From positions 1 through 64,000 of the forward strand of contig NIVC01001171.1 in assembly GCA_002269645.1 (NCBI GenBank): a stretch of 64,000 bases of DNA, read 5' to 3'. The stretch comes from Macrostomum lignano. Its lineage: Eukaryota. Of the stretch, positions 11,585 through 22,886 are shown piece by piece. Below the pieces are notes generated by a model. The model ran no database searches. It was not told the origin of the DNA and saw only the letters and a program-made list of their open reading frames with translations. Position 1 is the first letter of the stretch. Each line of letters starts with the position of its first letter. The translations under genes and the position numbers were made by a program.

Positions 11585-14311
11585 ATGGTAGGCTACTCAT
11601 GCTCAGTCTGCCGGGACGCTGTCCCCTGCTCAGCCAGCAGCTGCTGTGCATTGCCATGCGGCCACGTGTTCCACCAGGCCTGCGCAGACACCTGGCTGGC
11701 CACATCGCGCTGTTGTCCGCTGTGCCGGGTGCGGGTGCCGCCAAAACCCGGCCCGCTCAAGCTGTTCTTCTCCAGCGAGGACTCCACTATGGACTGCAGC
11801 GTTGTTGACGCCGGCGGCGACTCGGCGTCCACGGCTGCTGACCTTCGAGTCCGAGTTGACGAGCTGTCCAGCTTGCTTCGCGGCGAGCAGGAGGCGCGCG
11901 AGTCTGCCGAGCTGCGATTGGCTGCGGCAGAAGCCGACCTTGCGGAGGCTGGCCGGCAGAAACTGCGCATGCAGAAGAGTCTGGATGTGGCCAGCCTGCA
12001 GGTGTCCCAGCTGCAGTCCTGCGCCAGTCAGCTGGAGGACGCATCCAGGTGGGTAGCGAGAGCTCATTCTGTAGATAGTTGAGTCGGAGCACACTCAGTG
12101 CAGTCAGCACATACTCAGCACACACTCAGTACACTCAGCACACACTCAGTACACTCAGCACACTCAGTACAGTCAGCACACACTCAGTGTAGTCAGCACA
12201 CTCAGTACAGTCAGCACACTCAGTGTACAGTCAGCACACTCAGTGTAGTCAGCACACTCAGTTAGAGATGTTCCGAAAGCGAATTTTCTGTCGAAATCGA
12301 AATCGAAATCGAAATTCGCTACTTTCCGAAATCGAAATCGAAATTTTCCGAAATCGTAATTCAGAAAAACAAAGTTTAGTACAACCGACACTCAATTTTC
12401 TACTTTCGATTTACTGCTCATGCAAAACAAAATACATGTATGTTTAGCAAAAGTTCGTTTATTTTCGGCCACTAAAAAGTAGAATCCCTCATTGCCACTT
12501 TTAAATGCAAAATTTTTTTTCGACGCGAAAACTACATATACTGTAAATGTGTTAAGTAATTTATTTGAACTAGTGCCTTTAAAAGAAACACTAAGGCGCG
12601 TATATTGCATTACTAGACGGTATTAAAGCACGGCAGCAAAGCGCGCCTTTTCCCTGCTAGACAAAACAAATTTCTCTGCCTTTATTTGTCTAGGCGGTAG
12701 GGTATAGGGTGTATACTGAGTTGTACATGTATAAAATGTACAGTTAAAATGTACATGTATCACTGCATGACTAGCAATAACTGAGATCGTGTAAACGATA
12801 ATGCATGTACATGTACGGTAAATGTACATATATATACTGTAAAATGCGAAAAATATGCAATATATCAGCAGACGCTTTTGCAGCTTTTGCAGCTTCCACA
12901 TGTACAAACTACCATGTTACATGTCCTACATGCATGGAACAGTTTTAACAAATTCAAATAGTTTTACATGTAAAAATTGTATAATATCACCGATAAAAGA
13001 CAGTAACGAAGTTCTAAAAAAACTAAACTCAGATAAAACTTTCGGAAGTAGGCACTTCCGAAATTTTGACTTCCGAAATTTTTTCGAAATCGAAATCGAA
13101 ATTTCGGAACATCTCTACACTCAGTACAGTCAGCACACACTCAGTGCAGTCAGCACACTCAGTGCAGTCAGCACACTCAGTGCAGTCAGCACACACTCAG
13201 TACAGTCGAAACGGATTGAATTGGTAAAATCTCACTGAGAAGACCTTGAACTCATCGCCATATATAAAAATTCTTTAGAGAGGCCGACCGTTGGCGCAAG
13301 GAGGCCCGCGAGTGCCGGGAGTCGCTCACCCTGTACGAGCACCTACGCGCAGTTGTCGAAGGCGACGCGGCCGAGGCGGAGCGCCAGCTGGCGGAGTGCG
13401 GCAGCGCGGGAGCTACTCAAGCCTCGGTGCGCGAGCTCATGACTATCGGTATGCAGCTTCGCCGGCATCTGGACAGGGCTAGGCGAGAGAAGCGGGACCT
13501 GCTGACTAGGGCCAACCACGCCGAGGTCAGGCTTCGGCGGGCCAAGGAGCGCCTGACGGCCATGCAGCAGCAGCAGCAGCTTGGAGCGACTGGCACGCCT
13601 TCCAATCAACGACGCGGACCCTCCGCCAGCGTCGGCTGCCAGACTGACGGTGGCTCCGTTGTTGAATGCCTTCAGGAGTCACCGGCCGCCGCCTGTCCTC
13701 GCTCCCCGGTGTTCCGCGGCAGCTCGGCTCGGCAGCAGCGACGACAACCGCAGCCGGTGAACGACTCAATGGCTGTGGTTGTCTTGGACGACGACGAGGA
13801 CGAAGAGATCGATGGAAATGACGACGGCGTGTCGCCTCTGACCGGCCTCGCCTCCTGGCGCCCGACGCCGTCGTCTGTTGAATCGCCGATGCTTCGGACG
13901 CCGTTAAATCCATTTCGACGTGCGCACAGCGCCACCTCTGTTGTGGTGCTGTCTCAGCAGCGGCCTCAACAGCAGCAATCGCAGCCGCAGTTCTTGCCGC
14001 CGCAGCCTCCGTCACGTCCACCGCCTCCGAAGGCGGTCATCGGGCCGACCAATGCAGACCGGGTGGCCATCCCGTCAGCCGCTCTCCTGGCCAGCCGGTC
14101 ATCCTCCGCTGCGCCTCAGTCGCCGATACGACCGAAAATTCGCTCGGTTCTGTCTAGGAGAAATCCTGCCGGAGGCGGTCAGTTCGACTGCCAAAGAAGA
14201 TTGCGTCCAGTCGAGGAGTGGGGAGTCGCGGTGCAGCCAGCGGCGGCGGAATCGCGAAGTACTTTTATTCTAAGCCGAGTGACTGCGGAGGCGGTAGTGC
14301 CCAGTAGCTAA
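11585..14311 (+). CDS. TRAIP: TRAIP/NOPO-like RING E3 ubiquitin ligase, exons 11585-12048 and 13279-14311
   Basis: N-terminal RING CSVC...CGHVFHQAC...WL...CPLCR, then a coiled coil. [16 protein letters not shown]...[23 protein letters not shown] resembles the TRAIP zipper. The phase-2 intron AG|GTGGGT...TTTAG|A restores the frame. Confidence 0.72.
12085..12262. repeat. Degenerate CACACTCAGT(A/G)CAGTCAG minisatellite, resuming at 13116-13205 after the inserted element
   Basis: The same unit occurs on both sides of the 12265-13115 element. Confidence 0.8.
12265..13115. mobile_element. Non-autonomous TIR element (about 850 bp) in the TRAIP intron
   Basis: TIR GAGATGTTCCGAAA / TTTCGGAACATCTC with TA on both sides, plus subterminal (CGAAAT)n repeats. 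Confidence 0.8.
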
Positions 14312-14626
14312 TAGCTTGGTAGTTATTGATTGTGACTTGAGTAGAGCTGCGGGTTTGGTGACTTATTGGTAGAATATCGATTTTGTGTCAAAATTATTGA
14401 ATCGTATCTTGCGCTTTCTAGTCAGCTAATTAAACTGAGTTTATAGGTAGGGGTATAGCTAGCAGGATATAGTGTAATAAATATGATATATCACCGTGGG
14501 TCTAGATTCCAGTATCTGCCATTAGTCGGGTTACTTAGTTTCAATAGATCTGGTATTTATTTAATAGTATCGAAGTATCTATCAACAGTTACGAATGTAA
14601 TATCTAGCTCGTAGTTACTAGTATCG

Positions 14627-15620
14627 ATGGGTCTAGTTACTAGTATCGATTGATCTAGTTACTAGTATCGATGGGTCTAGTTACTAGTATCGATTGATCT
14701 AGTTACTAGTATCGATAGGTCTAGTTACTAGTATCGATTGATCTAGTTACTAGTATCGATGGGTCTAGTTACTAGTATCGATTGATCTAGTTACTAGTAT
14801 CGATGGGTCTAGTTACTAGTATCGATTGATCTAGTTACTAGTATCGATAGGTCTAGTTACTAGTATCGATTGATCTAGTTACTAGTATCGATGGGTCTAG
14901 TTACTAGTATCGATTGATCTAGTTACTAGTATCGATAGGTCTAGTTACTAGTATCGATTGATCTAGTTACTAGTATCGATGGGTCTAGTTACTAGTATCG
15001 ATTGATCTAGTTACTAGTATCGATTGATCTAGTTACTAGTATCGATGGGTCTAGTTACTAGTATCGATTGATCTAGTTACTAGTATCGATAGGTCTAGTT
15101 ACTAGTATCGATTGATCTAGTTACTAGTATCGATGGGTCTAGTTACTAGTATCGATTGATCTAGTTACTAGTATCGATAGGTCTAGTTACTAGTATCGAT
15201 TGATCTAGTTACTAGTATCGATGGATCTAGTTACTAGTATCTATGAGGTCTAGTTACTAGTATCGATGGGTCCAGTTACTAGTATCTATGATATCTAGTT
15301 ACTAGTATCAATGGATCTAGTTACTATTATCTATGAGATCTAGTTACTAGTATCTATGAGATCTAGTTACTAGTATCTATGAGATCTAGTTACCTAGTAT
15401 CGATGGGTCTAGTTGCTAGTGTCGGTTGGTCTAGTTGCTAGTGTCGGTTGGTCTAGTTACTAGTTTCGGTTGGTCTAGTTACTAGTTTCGGTTGGTCTAG
15501 TTACCTAGTTTCGGTTGGTCTAGTTACTAGTTTCGGTTGGTCTAGTTACTAGTTTCGGTTGGTCTAGTTACCTAGTTTCGGTTGGTCTAGTTACCTAGTT
15601 TCAGTTGGTCTAGTTACTAG
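14627..15620. repeat. 22-bp satellite (CTAGTTACTAGTATCGATGGGT / ...ATTGAT) with 44-bp dimer alternation
   Basis: Direct periodicity; variants drift toward the right end. Confidence 0.95.
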
Positions 15621-16099
15621 CACATGTTAGCTTATTAAATGATTTAAAACGTTCACCACATCTAATTAACTGCAGCAGTATTTTAGACAAAGCTTAGTTG
15701 TTAATAGCGGCTCAAAATCTTTTATCAATCCGCAAATGAAAAACTGCATTATATATTTTTTATTTATTCTTTGGCTGTGTGCCAATGATACTTTTCGATG
15801 ACCATGCTAGGACTTAAGCTCTTTTATATAAACATTTTATAGTCTCTATTATTATTAAATTAACGATTTTCATTGTAATTGCTCAGCATTTGTAGCTAAG
15901 TGTTGGAGGGCGTTTTCATGCTTTATTTTTCTGTATTCGCTCTTGTCCTGCATTTTTTAATCAAATACACCCCACTGAGGTGCTGCAATTTCTATTCCCT
16001 ACACAATTTTCACCGAACTGTCTAAAACCGAAGGAAATATGAGCGGTCTCATTTTTTATGATCTGCACACGCGTCTCTTGAACCGCCCTCTCAGATTCC

Positions 16100-17291
16100 C
16101 TCTAGCTGGGTCACCGCCACCCTCCCAGATCCTCTGACTGGGTCACCGCCACTCTCCCAGATCCTCAGACTGGGTCACCGCCACTCTCCCAGATCCTCAG
16201 ACTGGGTCACCGCCACTCTCCCAGATCCTCAGACTGGGTCACCGCCACTCTCCCAGATCCTCAGACTAGGTCACTGCCACTCTCCCAGATCCTCAGGCTG
16301 GGTCACCGCCACCCTCCCACATCCTCAGGCTGGGTCACCGTCACCTTTCAAGATCCTCAGACTGGGTCACCGCCACCCTCCCACATCCTCTGACTGGGTC
16401 ACCGCCACTCTCCCAGATCCTCAGACTGGGTCACCGTCACCTTTCAAGATCCTCAGACTGGGTCACCGCCACCCTCCCACATCCTCAGGCTGGGTCACCG
16501 CCACCCTCCCAGATCCTCAGGCTGGGTCACCGTCACCTTTCAAGATCCTCAGACTGGGTCACCGCCACCCTCCCACATCCTCAGGCTGGGTCACCGTCAC
16601 CTTTCAAGATCCTCGGGCTGGGTCACCGCCACCTTCCCAGATCCTCAGGCTGGGTCACCGCCACCCTCCCACATCCTCAGGCTGGGTCACCGCCACCCTC
16701 CCAGATCCTCAGACTGGGTCACCGTCACCTTTCAAGATCCTCAGACTGGGTCACCGCCACCCTCCCACATCCTCTGACTGGGTCACCGCCACTCTCCCAG
16801 ATCCTCAGACTGGGTCACCGTCACCTTTCAAGATCCTCAGACTGGGTCACCGCCACCCTCCCACATCCTCAGGCTGGGTCACCGCCACCCTCCCAGATCC
16901 TCAGGCTGGGTCACCGTCACCTTTCAAGATCCTCGGGCTGGGTCACCGCCACCTTCCCAGATCCTCAGGCTGGGTCACCGCCACCCTCCCACATCCTCAG
17001 GCTGGGTCACCGCCACCCTCCCACATCCTCAGGCTGGGTCACCGTCACCTTTCAAGATCCTCAGACTGGGTCACCGCCACCCTCCCACATCCTCAGGCTG
17101 GGTCACCGTCACCTTTCAAGATCCTCAGGGCTGGGTCACCGCCACCCTCCCACATCCTCAGGCTGGGTCACCGCCACCCTCCCACATCCTCAGGCTGGGT
17201 CACCGCCACCCTCCCAGATCCTCAGGCTGGGTCACCGCCACCCTCCCACATCCTCAGGCTGGGTCACCGCCACCCTCCCACATCCTCAGGC
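16100..17291. repeat. 32-bp minisatellite (CTGGGTCACCGCCACCCTCCCACATCCTCAGG), about 37 copies
   Basis: Period of 32 measured between GGTCACC motifs. Confidence 0.95.
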
Positions 17292-19379
17292 TTGGTCGCA
17301 TCATCTTGTCTGGCTCTGTCAATCTATCCTCAGACGATCAGATTTGCTATTTGCGACCACAACTAGCTATAGGCTATAGCACAACTGAGTTGGTTGCAAA
17401 ATATGTTTGTATCTCACTTCTGTGTCAATCTTGGCTGCAGATTTCGACTAACTTTTCCTGACGATGTATAGTCCACTAGTGGTGTTACATGTAGATGTAC
17501 ATAGATGTACATGTAATATCAGAGACTGCTGGGAGGTAAGGAGAAGTATGAGAGGCAAACCGAGGGAAAGATTATTACAATGGTTTTTATACGCTCGTAG
17601 CATTTTTCTAGAGCTTTGCATAAAATACAGCAGTTCCTATGCACATTACTGCGGGCTACTATGGGCTGAGGCTCGTGGCGAATACTCAGCTTTTACGAGC
17701 AGTCTAAAAATTTGTTCTCGTATGTTTGCCTATAGATTATACAATACCAATACCATAGACCTACTGATGGCAGAAAGATAGAAATCCTCGGGCGGCTTCG
17801 CGTCGCATCCCTTGGATTTTTCGTCTTTCTTGCTCTCAGAAGGTCTATGGGATAGCCATTCCCCTCGATTTGCAATGTCAGGGACAGACGTCATTTCTCT
17901 GCCAAAAATCCATGGATTGCAATGTGAATTAGACATATATTTTTTCTCGTCTCACTGGATAAATGTCAGTCCATGGAATCATTTTCTAAGCTCTAAATCA
18001 TAAACAGTAAGTTGAGAAAAGCATCTTATTGGGATCCTGTTTCAATGTGCTGCTGGTTCGACGCAAATTGTCACGCCTCTGCTCGACATGAAATCCATAC
18101 TTGGTGGTATCAGCGACTTGCTTCGCGAAGAGATGGACCTTTCTATCCTTCTTTGCTGGCAAAGGCAGACTAGTGGACGGTTCTTGGCCTTGGGTGCAGC
18201 AACGCTTTGGATCCAGAATTGCGGGCCATTTCCTTCAAGATCTTGGCGACTCGGAGCTGAAGTTATCGGCTGAACAGGAGTAACCGTCTACTTTTCCACC
18301 CTGCCGTGACAGGCTGGTCGGGCCCTTTAACAACTGTACCTTCAAATTCTACTACACAAGTGGCAGACCAACTCAGGGAGAAGTGGGATAACACCCCCGA
18401 CTGCCGGCAATCCCGCGCGGGCTGTGTCCTTCCTCCGCCCTGCGCAGGGCCCTGCTTTGACTCAACCGCAGGGACATTTCTGCCCAGTAAATCGGGTGGG
18501 GATTTTGATGCAATGTCTGAAATTCGACAAGCCATTATAAAGCAGAAAATCTCATCTTTCATTCGACTACATACTTTTGTGTATATGTTAATTTAACAAG
18601 AAGTGTTACCTACTACTTATTTGGCCTATGGTGGCCCAATATGCCCATAGAGTTACAAAGAAGATCGCTGGCAGAACTTTTGTGCATGACCTTGAAATGT
18701 AATGTGACAGGGGTGCAAGCTCCAAGATATTAATTGATGCACCAAAAGTCAATAAATTTACTTCAATGCTTCGCTAAGTGAGCATGGCATGTTGCTGCCC
18801 TTCCTAGAGTGCGCATTCATAATAGCGTTTTCACAGATACAACTCAGCTTGCGAAAGTGCTGCTATAAGGATCCTCTTTGTAACTCTACAGGCCACACAA
18901 GTAAACATATACAAAAAAGTTTCTACAATCAAATGAAAGATGAGATCTTCTGCTTTCCAATGACTCGAAAATTGTTGAAGTTCAAGCATGCATTAATAAT
19001 CCATAGGCAAAAGTATCACTATAATTTTTGGACACCCCCTCGCAATTACTAGCTTAAGAATTGAGCCTAATCCATACAAAACAAAAAGCATGCGGATATT
19101 AAAGGATTAGGCAAAAACAATCAGCTTTGCTCAGGCGGTGAGGTTATGTTATACGAGTTGGCCAACTGGGAAGGAATCGATATAGTAAACAGAACAAAAA
19201 CAATTTATGTGGGCAAGAGTTCATTTTTCGTGCTGAAGTTCACAGTACGTTTGGAAGCGGAAAAACAATAAAATTGAGTGCTTATGATTAGTTTAGTGAT
19301 TTGGGAGTTTATAGAGTCTCAACAGCCAATTATATACGAGCAGTTGGTTAATTTCGTTCTTTTCATCAACTTCGCCGGT

Positions 19380-19715
19380 TTATTTCTTGCAGTGGTACTT
19401 GTGAATCTTGGCGCACTTCACGCACTGGACCGTGCCCCACAGTTTGCACTCGCAGTAGTGCTTTCTGCACTTGCCGTGCTTGATGACCCGGCCGACCTTG
19501 ACTTTGCAGCACTTGATGCAGATGAATGTCATGCTGACGACACTGAAGGTGCGCTTGCAGCAGCCGGCCGCGCCGCAGCTCTTCGAGACGCCGCGGTCCT
19601 CAATGGCGGTGCTCTCGTCGGCGGAGTTCTCAACCGGGCTGGCCGCGGCCGGCCTGCTTGAGAACAGCAGGCAGAGGCTGAAGGCCGCAATTATGAGTAG
19701 CAGATTAACACGCAT
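19380..19715 (-). CDS. Secreted cysteine-rich cationic prepropeptide, 111 aa (antimicrobial-peptide or toxin-like architecture)
   Basis: Hydrophobic signal peptide ending AAA, acidic propiece SPVENSADESTAIEDR, then a 70-aa region with 12 Cys, 14 Lys, 3 Arg and 1 Glu. GC-rich codons within AT-richer flanks. Confidence 0.82.
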   Translation of the reverse strand: MRVNLLLIIAAFSLCLLFSSRPAAASPVENSADESTAIEDRGVSKSCGAAGCCKRTFSVVSMTFICIKCCKVKVGRVIKHGKCRKHYCECKLWGTVQCVKCAKIHKYHCKK

Positions 19716-20599
19716 CTTCTCTTCAGACTAATAAATGGTCTCGTATGGCTATAGGTGAGATAAGTTCGAATTTGCAGGTCGCTTCGGATGCCCCCAGTTG
19801 TAGGGTTTGGTTGTTGCTTTTATTCGTATGGCAATTTCGCGCTTAGCTCCAACCCCCCCCACCCCTTAGACAGCGGGTTTTAATTGGCCTGAACTGCAGC
19901 TTGGGTAGCTGCTATAGCTAGGATAGGGATAAATGTTGAGCTGGGCTGCTCGTGCACGTGTCCGCTGTTCTCGTGTGCGCCGCTGGGGGTCGGTACGTAA
20001 GATCTCTCTACCTCTCTCTCTGTATTCACTGGTCTCTATTGTCTTCCTTAAGTGTCGTCTAAAGGGTTTGCATTAGCTTTATAAAATTGTCTCATAAACA
20101 GTCACTGCAAAACTACCGCGGCTTATGCTTGAGAAAAGCTAGTTGGAGAGAATGGAGAGGAGCTAGGGGGCAGCTCGCACGTGTTCCAGCTATACACAGT
20201 GGCAATAGACCAGTATCAACTCTCGTAGCTATAATAGAGCAGCTCGACTGCCGATCGCGACTATATAGTTCACAGTACGTGAGCTCGCGCGAGCAAAACA
20301 CACAGTCAGTATAGTAATTTCTGTCGGGTGGCCTGACAGCACAGCGCTTGCTGTACATGTACAGTGTACACTATCACAGCATGAAATTAACTATCGATTA
20401 AAAGCTTGCATTGATCCAATAACTTAAGCTGGAGCATGAGCAGCGGGTATTATATTGAGTACAGCAGTGAGCTGATCGATAAATAGCTGCATGTATATAC
20501 TCAGCAACAGGTACCCCCCTCACTCATGCTGTCACACGCGGCACAGGCACAAAGCATTGTTAAATTGCTGACTCCATCAGGGGCAACGCAACGCAACGC

Positions 20600-21550
20600 A
20601 ATTTTAGCAACGCATTGACTCATTTTAGCGACGCATTGACTCATTTTAGCAACGCATTGACTCATTTTAGCGACGCATTGACTCATTTTAGCAACGCATT
20701 GACTCATTTTAGCGACGCATTGACTCATTTTAGCGACGCATTGACTCATTTTAGCAACGCATTGACTCATTTTAGCAACGCATTGACTCATTTTAGCGAC
20801 GCATTGACTCATTTTAGCAACGCATTGACTCATTTTAGCGACGCATTGACTCATTTTAGCGACGCATTGACTCATTTTAGCAACGCATTGACTCATTTTA
20901 GCAACGCATTGACTCATTTTAGCGACGCACTGACTCATTTTAGCAACGCATTGACTCATTTTAGCAACGCATTGACTCATTTTAGCGACGAATTGACTCA
21001 TTTTTGCGACGCATTGACTCATTTTAGCGACGCATTGACTCATTTTAGCGACGCATTGACTCATTTTAGCGACGCATTGACTCATTTTAGCAACGCATTG
21101 ACTCATTTTAGCGACGCATTGACTCATTTTAGCAACGCATTGACTCATTTTAGCAACGCATTGACTCATTTTAGCGACGCACTGACTCATTTTAGCAACG
21201 CATTGACTCATTTTAGCAACACATTGACTCATTTTAGCGACGAATTGACTCATTTTTGCGACGCATTGACTCATTTTAGCGACGCATTGACTCATTTTAG
21301 CGACGCATTGACTCATTTTAGCGACGCATTGACTCATTTTAGCAACGCATTGACTCATTTTAGCGACGCATTGACTCATTTTAGCGACGCATTGACTCAT
21401 TTTAACAACGCATTGACTCATTTTAGCGACGCATTGACTCATTTTAGCGACGCATTGACTCATTTTAGCGACGCATTGACTCATTTTAGCGATGCATTGA
21501 CTCATTTTAGCGATGCATTGACTCATTTTAGCGATGCATTGACTCCTTTT
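20600..21550. repeat. 21-bp minisatellite (CGCATTGACTCATTTTAGCGA), about 45 copies
   Basis: Direct periodicity; generates the spurious ORFs (KMSQCVA)n and (ALTHFSD)n. Confidence 0.96.
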
Positions 21551-22886
21551 AGCGCCACAGGCACTTACGAGCGTATTATGGCGCCGATATGCGAATTTTA
21601 GCGCCAGAAAAAAATTTTGATTTCCATAACGGGCCACAAGGTGCGGAGGGGGACAAACCATTGGCATGTCCCCTATAGCTTTTACAGGGGGACATGTGCC
21701 CCCCGGTGGCGACGCCCCTGAGTGCAGATTAGTCAAGAGCATATAGTTAAGCATTTTATTTGCTCGCTTAGGCAACTGGAGCACAAGGACGCTACACTCG
21801 ATTTTCTAAGAAGCATGGGGGGACATGCCAATGCTGTCTCCCCTATCCCATCATCTTGTGGCCCGTTGTGGAAATCAATAATTTTGCTTTAGGGCGCCAA
21901 GTGTCTGCGGCGCCATAGTGAGTGTCTGTCTACGGAGCCAAAATAAGTGCTAACAACACTGATTCCCAAAATAATGTAGGAATTTAGTCGAGTAGAATTC
22001 TTGGCGTCGTCCCCCACCATAAAATTTATGGCGACGCCCCCTGTATGGTGAGCTAAAAACGCCACTGCTCCAGAGTCTGTGATGGCATCTGGCATGCTCC
22101 GATAGCAAGCTGAACGTACTACTGACCAACTTCAAAAGTAGCAATTCGGCTCAACCGTTGTCAAGCGAGTATTTCTGTACAAATCTTGGTAAAAAAAACT
22201 AGATATTGTCAGACGTGGACTCTATTAAATTAGTTGAAAGCAAATGTACAACAGAGTTTAATGCGGTTTCACACTGACAGTGCAAAAAGTTAATTTTTGA
22301 AATAACACCCACTCCTTCAATCCCAGTGTATATTTTAGTTGCAGAAAACTTCCAGTAAATCCATTGACAAGTTATGACTAAAATATATTAGCCGAACTGC
22401 TTACTTAAACAGTAGTTTGTCAGGGCAAAGCAATTATTTTTTGAGCCATCACAAATTACAAAATATTAACAAAGATGCACAACAAATGACAAAAATCCGT
22501 CAACACAGAAAAACAAAAGACAAGCAAAGAAGCACTGGTTTTTTGTCTCTGATTAAGCAATATGTATTTTACAAAAGTGTCCTGAATGAAATAGCCATAA
22601 TAACAAACCTATATAAACAATTACGCTACTTTACATCAAGGATGAGTAATCATTCGTACAAACAATAGCATATTAAAATTCAATTTAATATAAAATAATA
22701 TTAAGTAAAAAGGAAGGCTTCGGAACTGAGAGATAAATCAGAGAGGAAATATTAACACTAGAATTTTACGTTAACTAATAATAGTAATAATAATAATGAG
22801 ACAAGAGAAAGAGCGAGAGACAGTCGGGTCTGGACAGAACGAACTTATTTTTAATGGCTGACAGTCTTGTCAGACTTGGCGCTCGC

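Noticed and set aside
16100-17291. Regular 32-bp repeats as a possible CRISPR array
   Set aside because: The units are head-to-tail with no unique spacers, and the context is eukaryotic.
18525-18965. About 35-bp inverted pair (GCAGAAAATCTCATCTTTCATT and its complement)
   Set aside because: No TSD or clear termini found; at best an old MITE remnant.
20501-21784. 427-aa and 328-aa ORFs of heptad repeats
   Set aside because: They are translations of a stop-free 21-bp minisatellite, open on both strands, with no unique coding context.
20578-22042. CAGGGGC...GCCCCTG ends suggesting a hAT-like element around the 21-bp array
   Set aside because: No matching 8-bp TSD, and there are two competing right ends.
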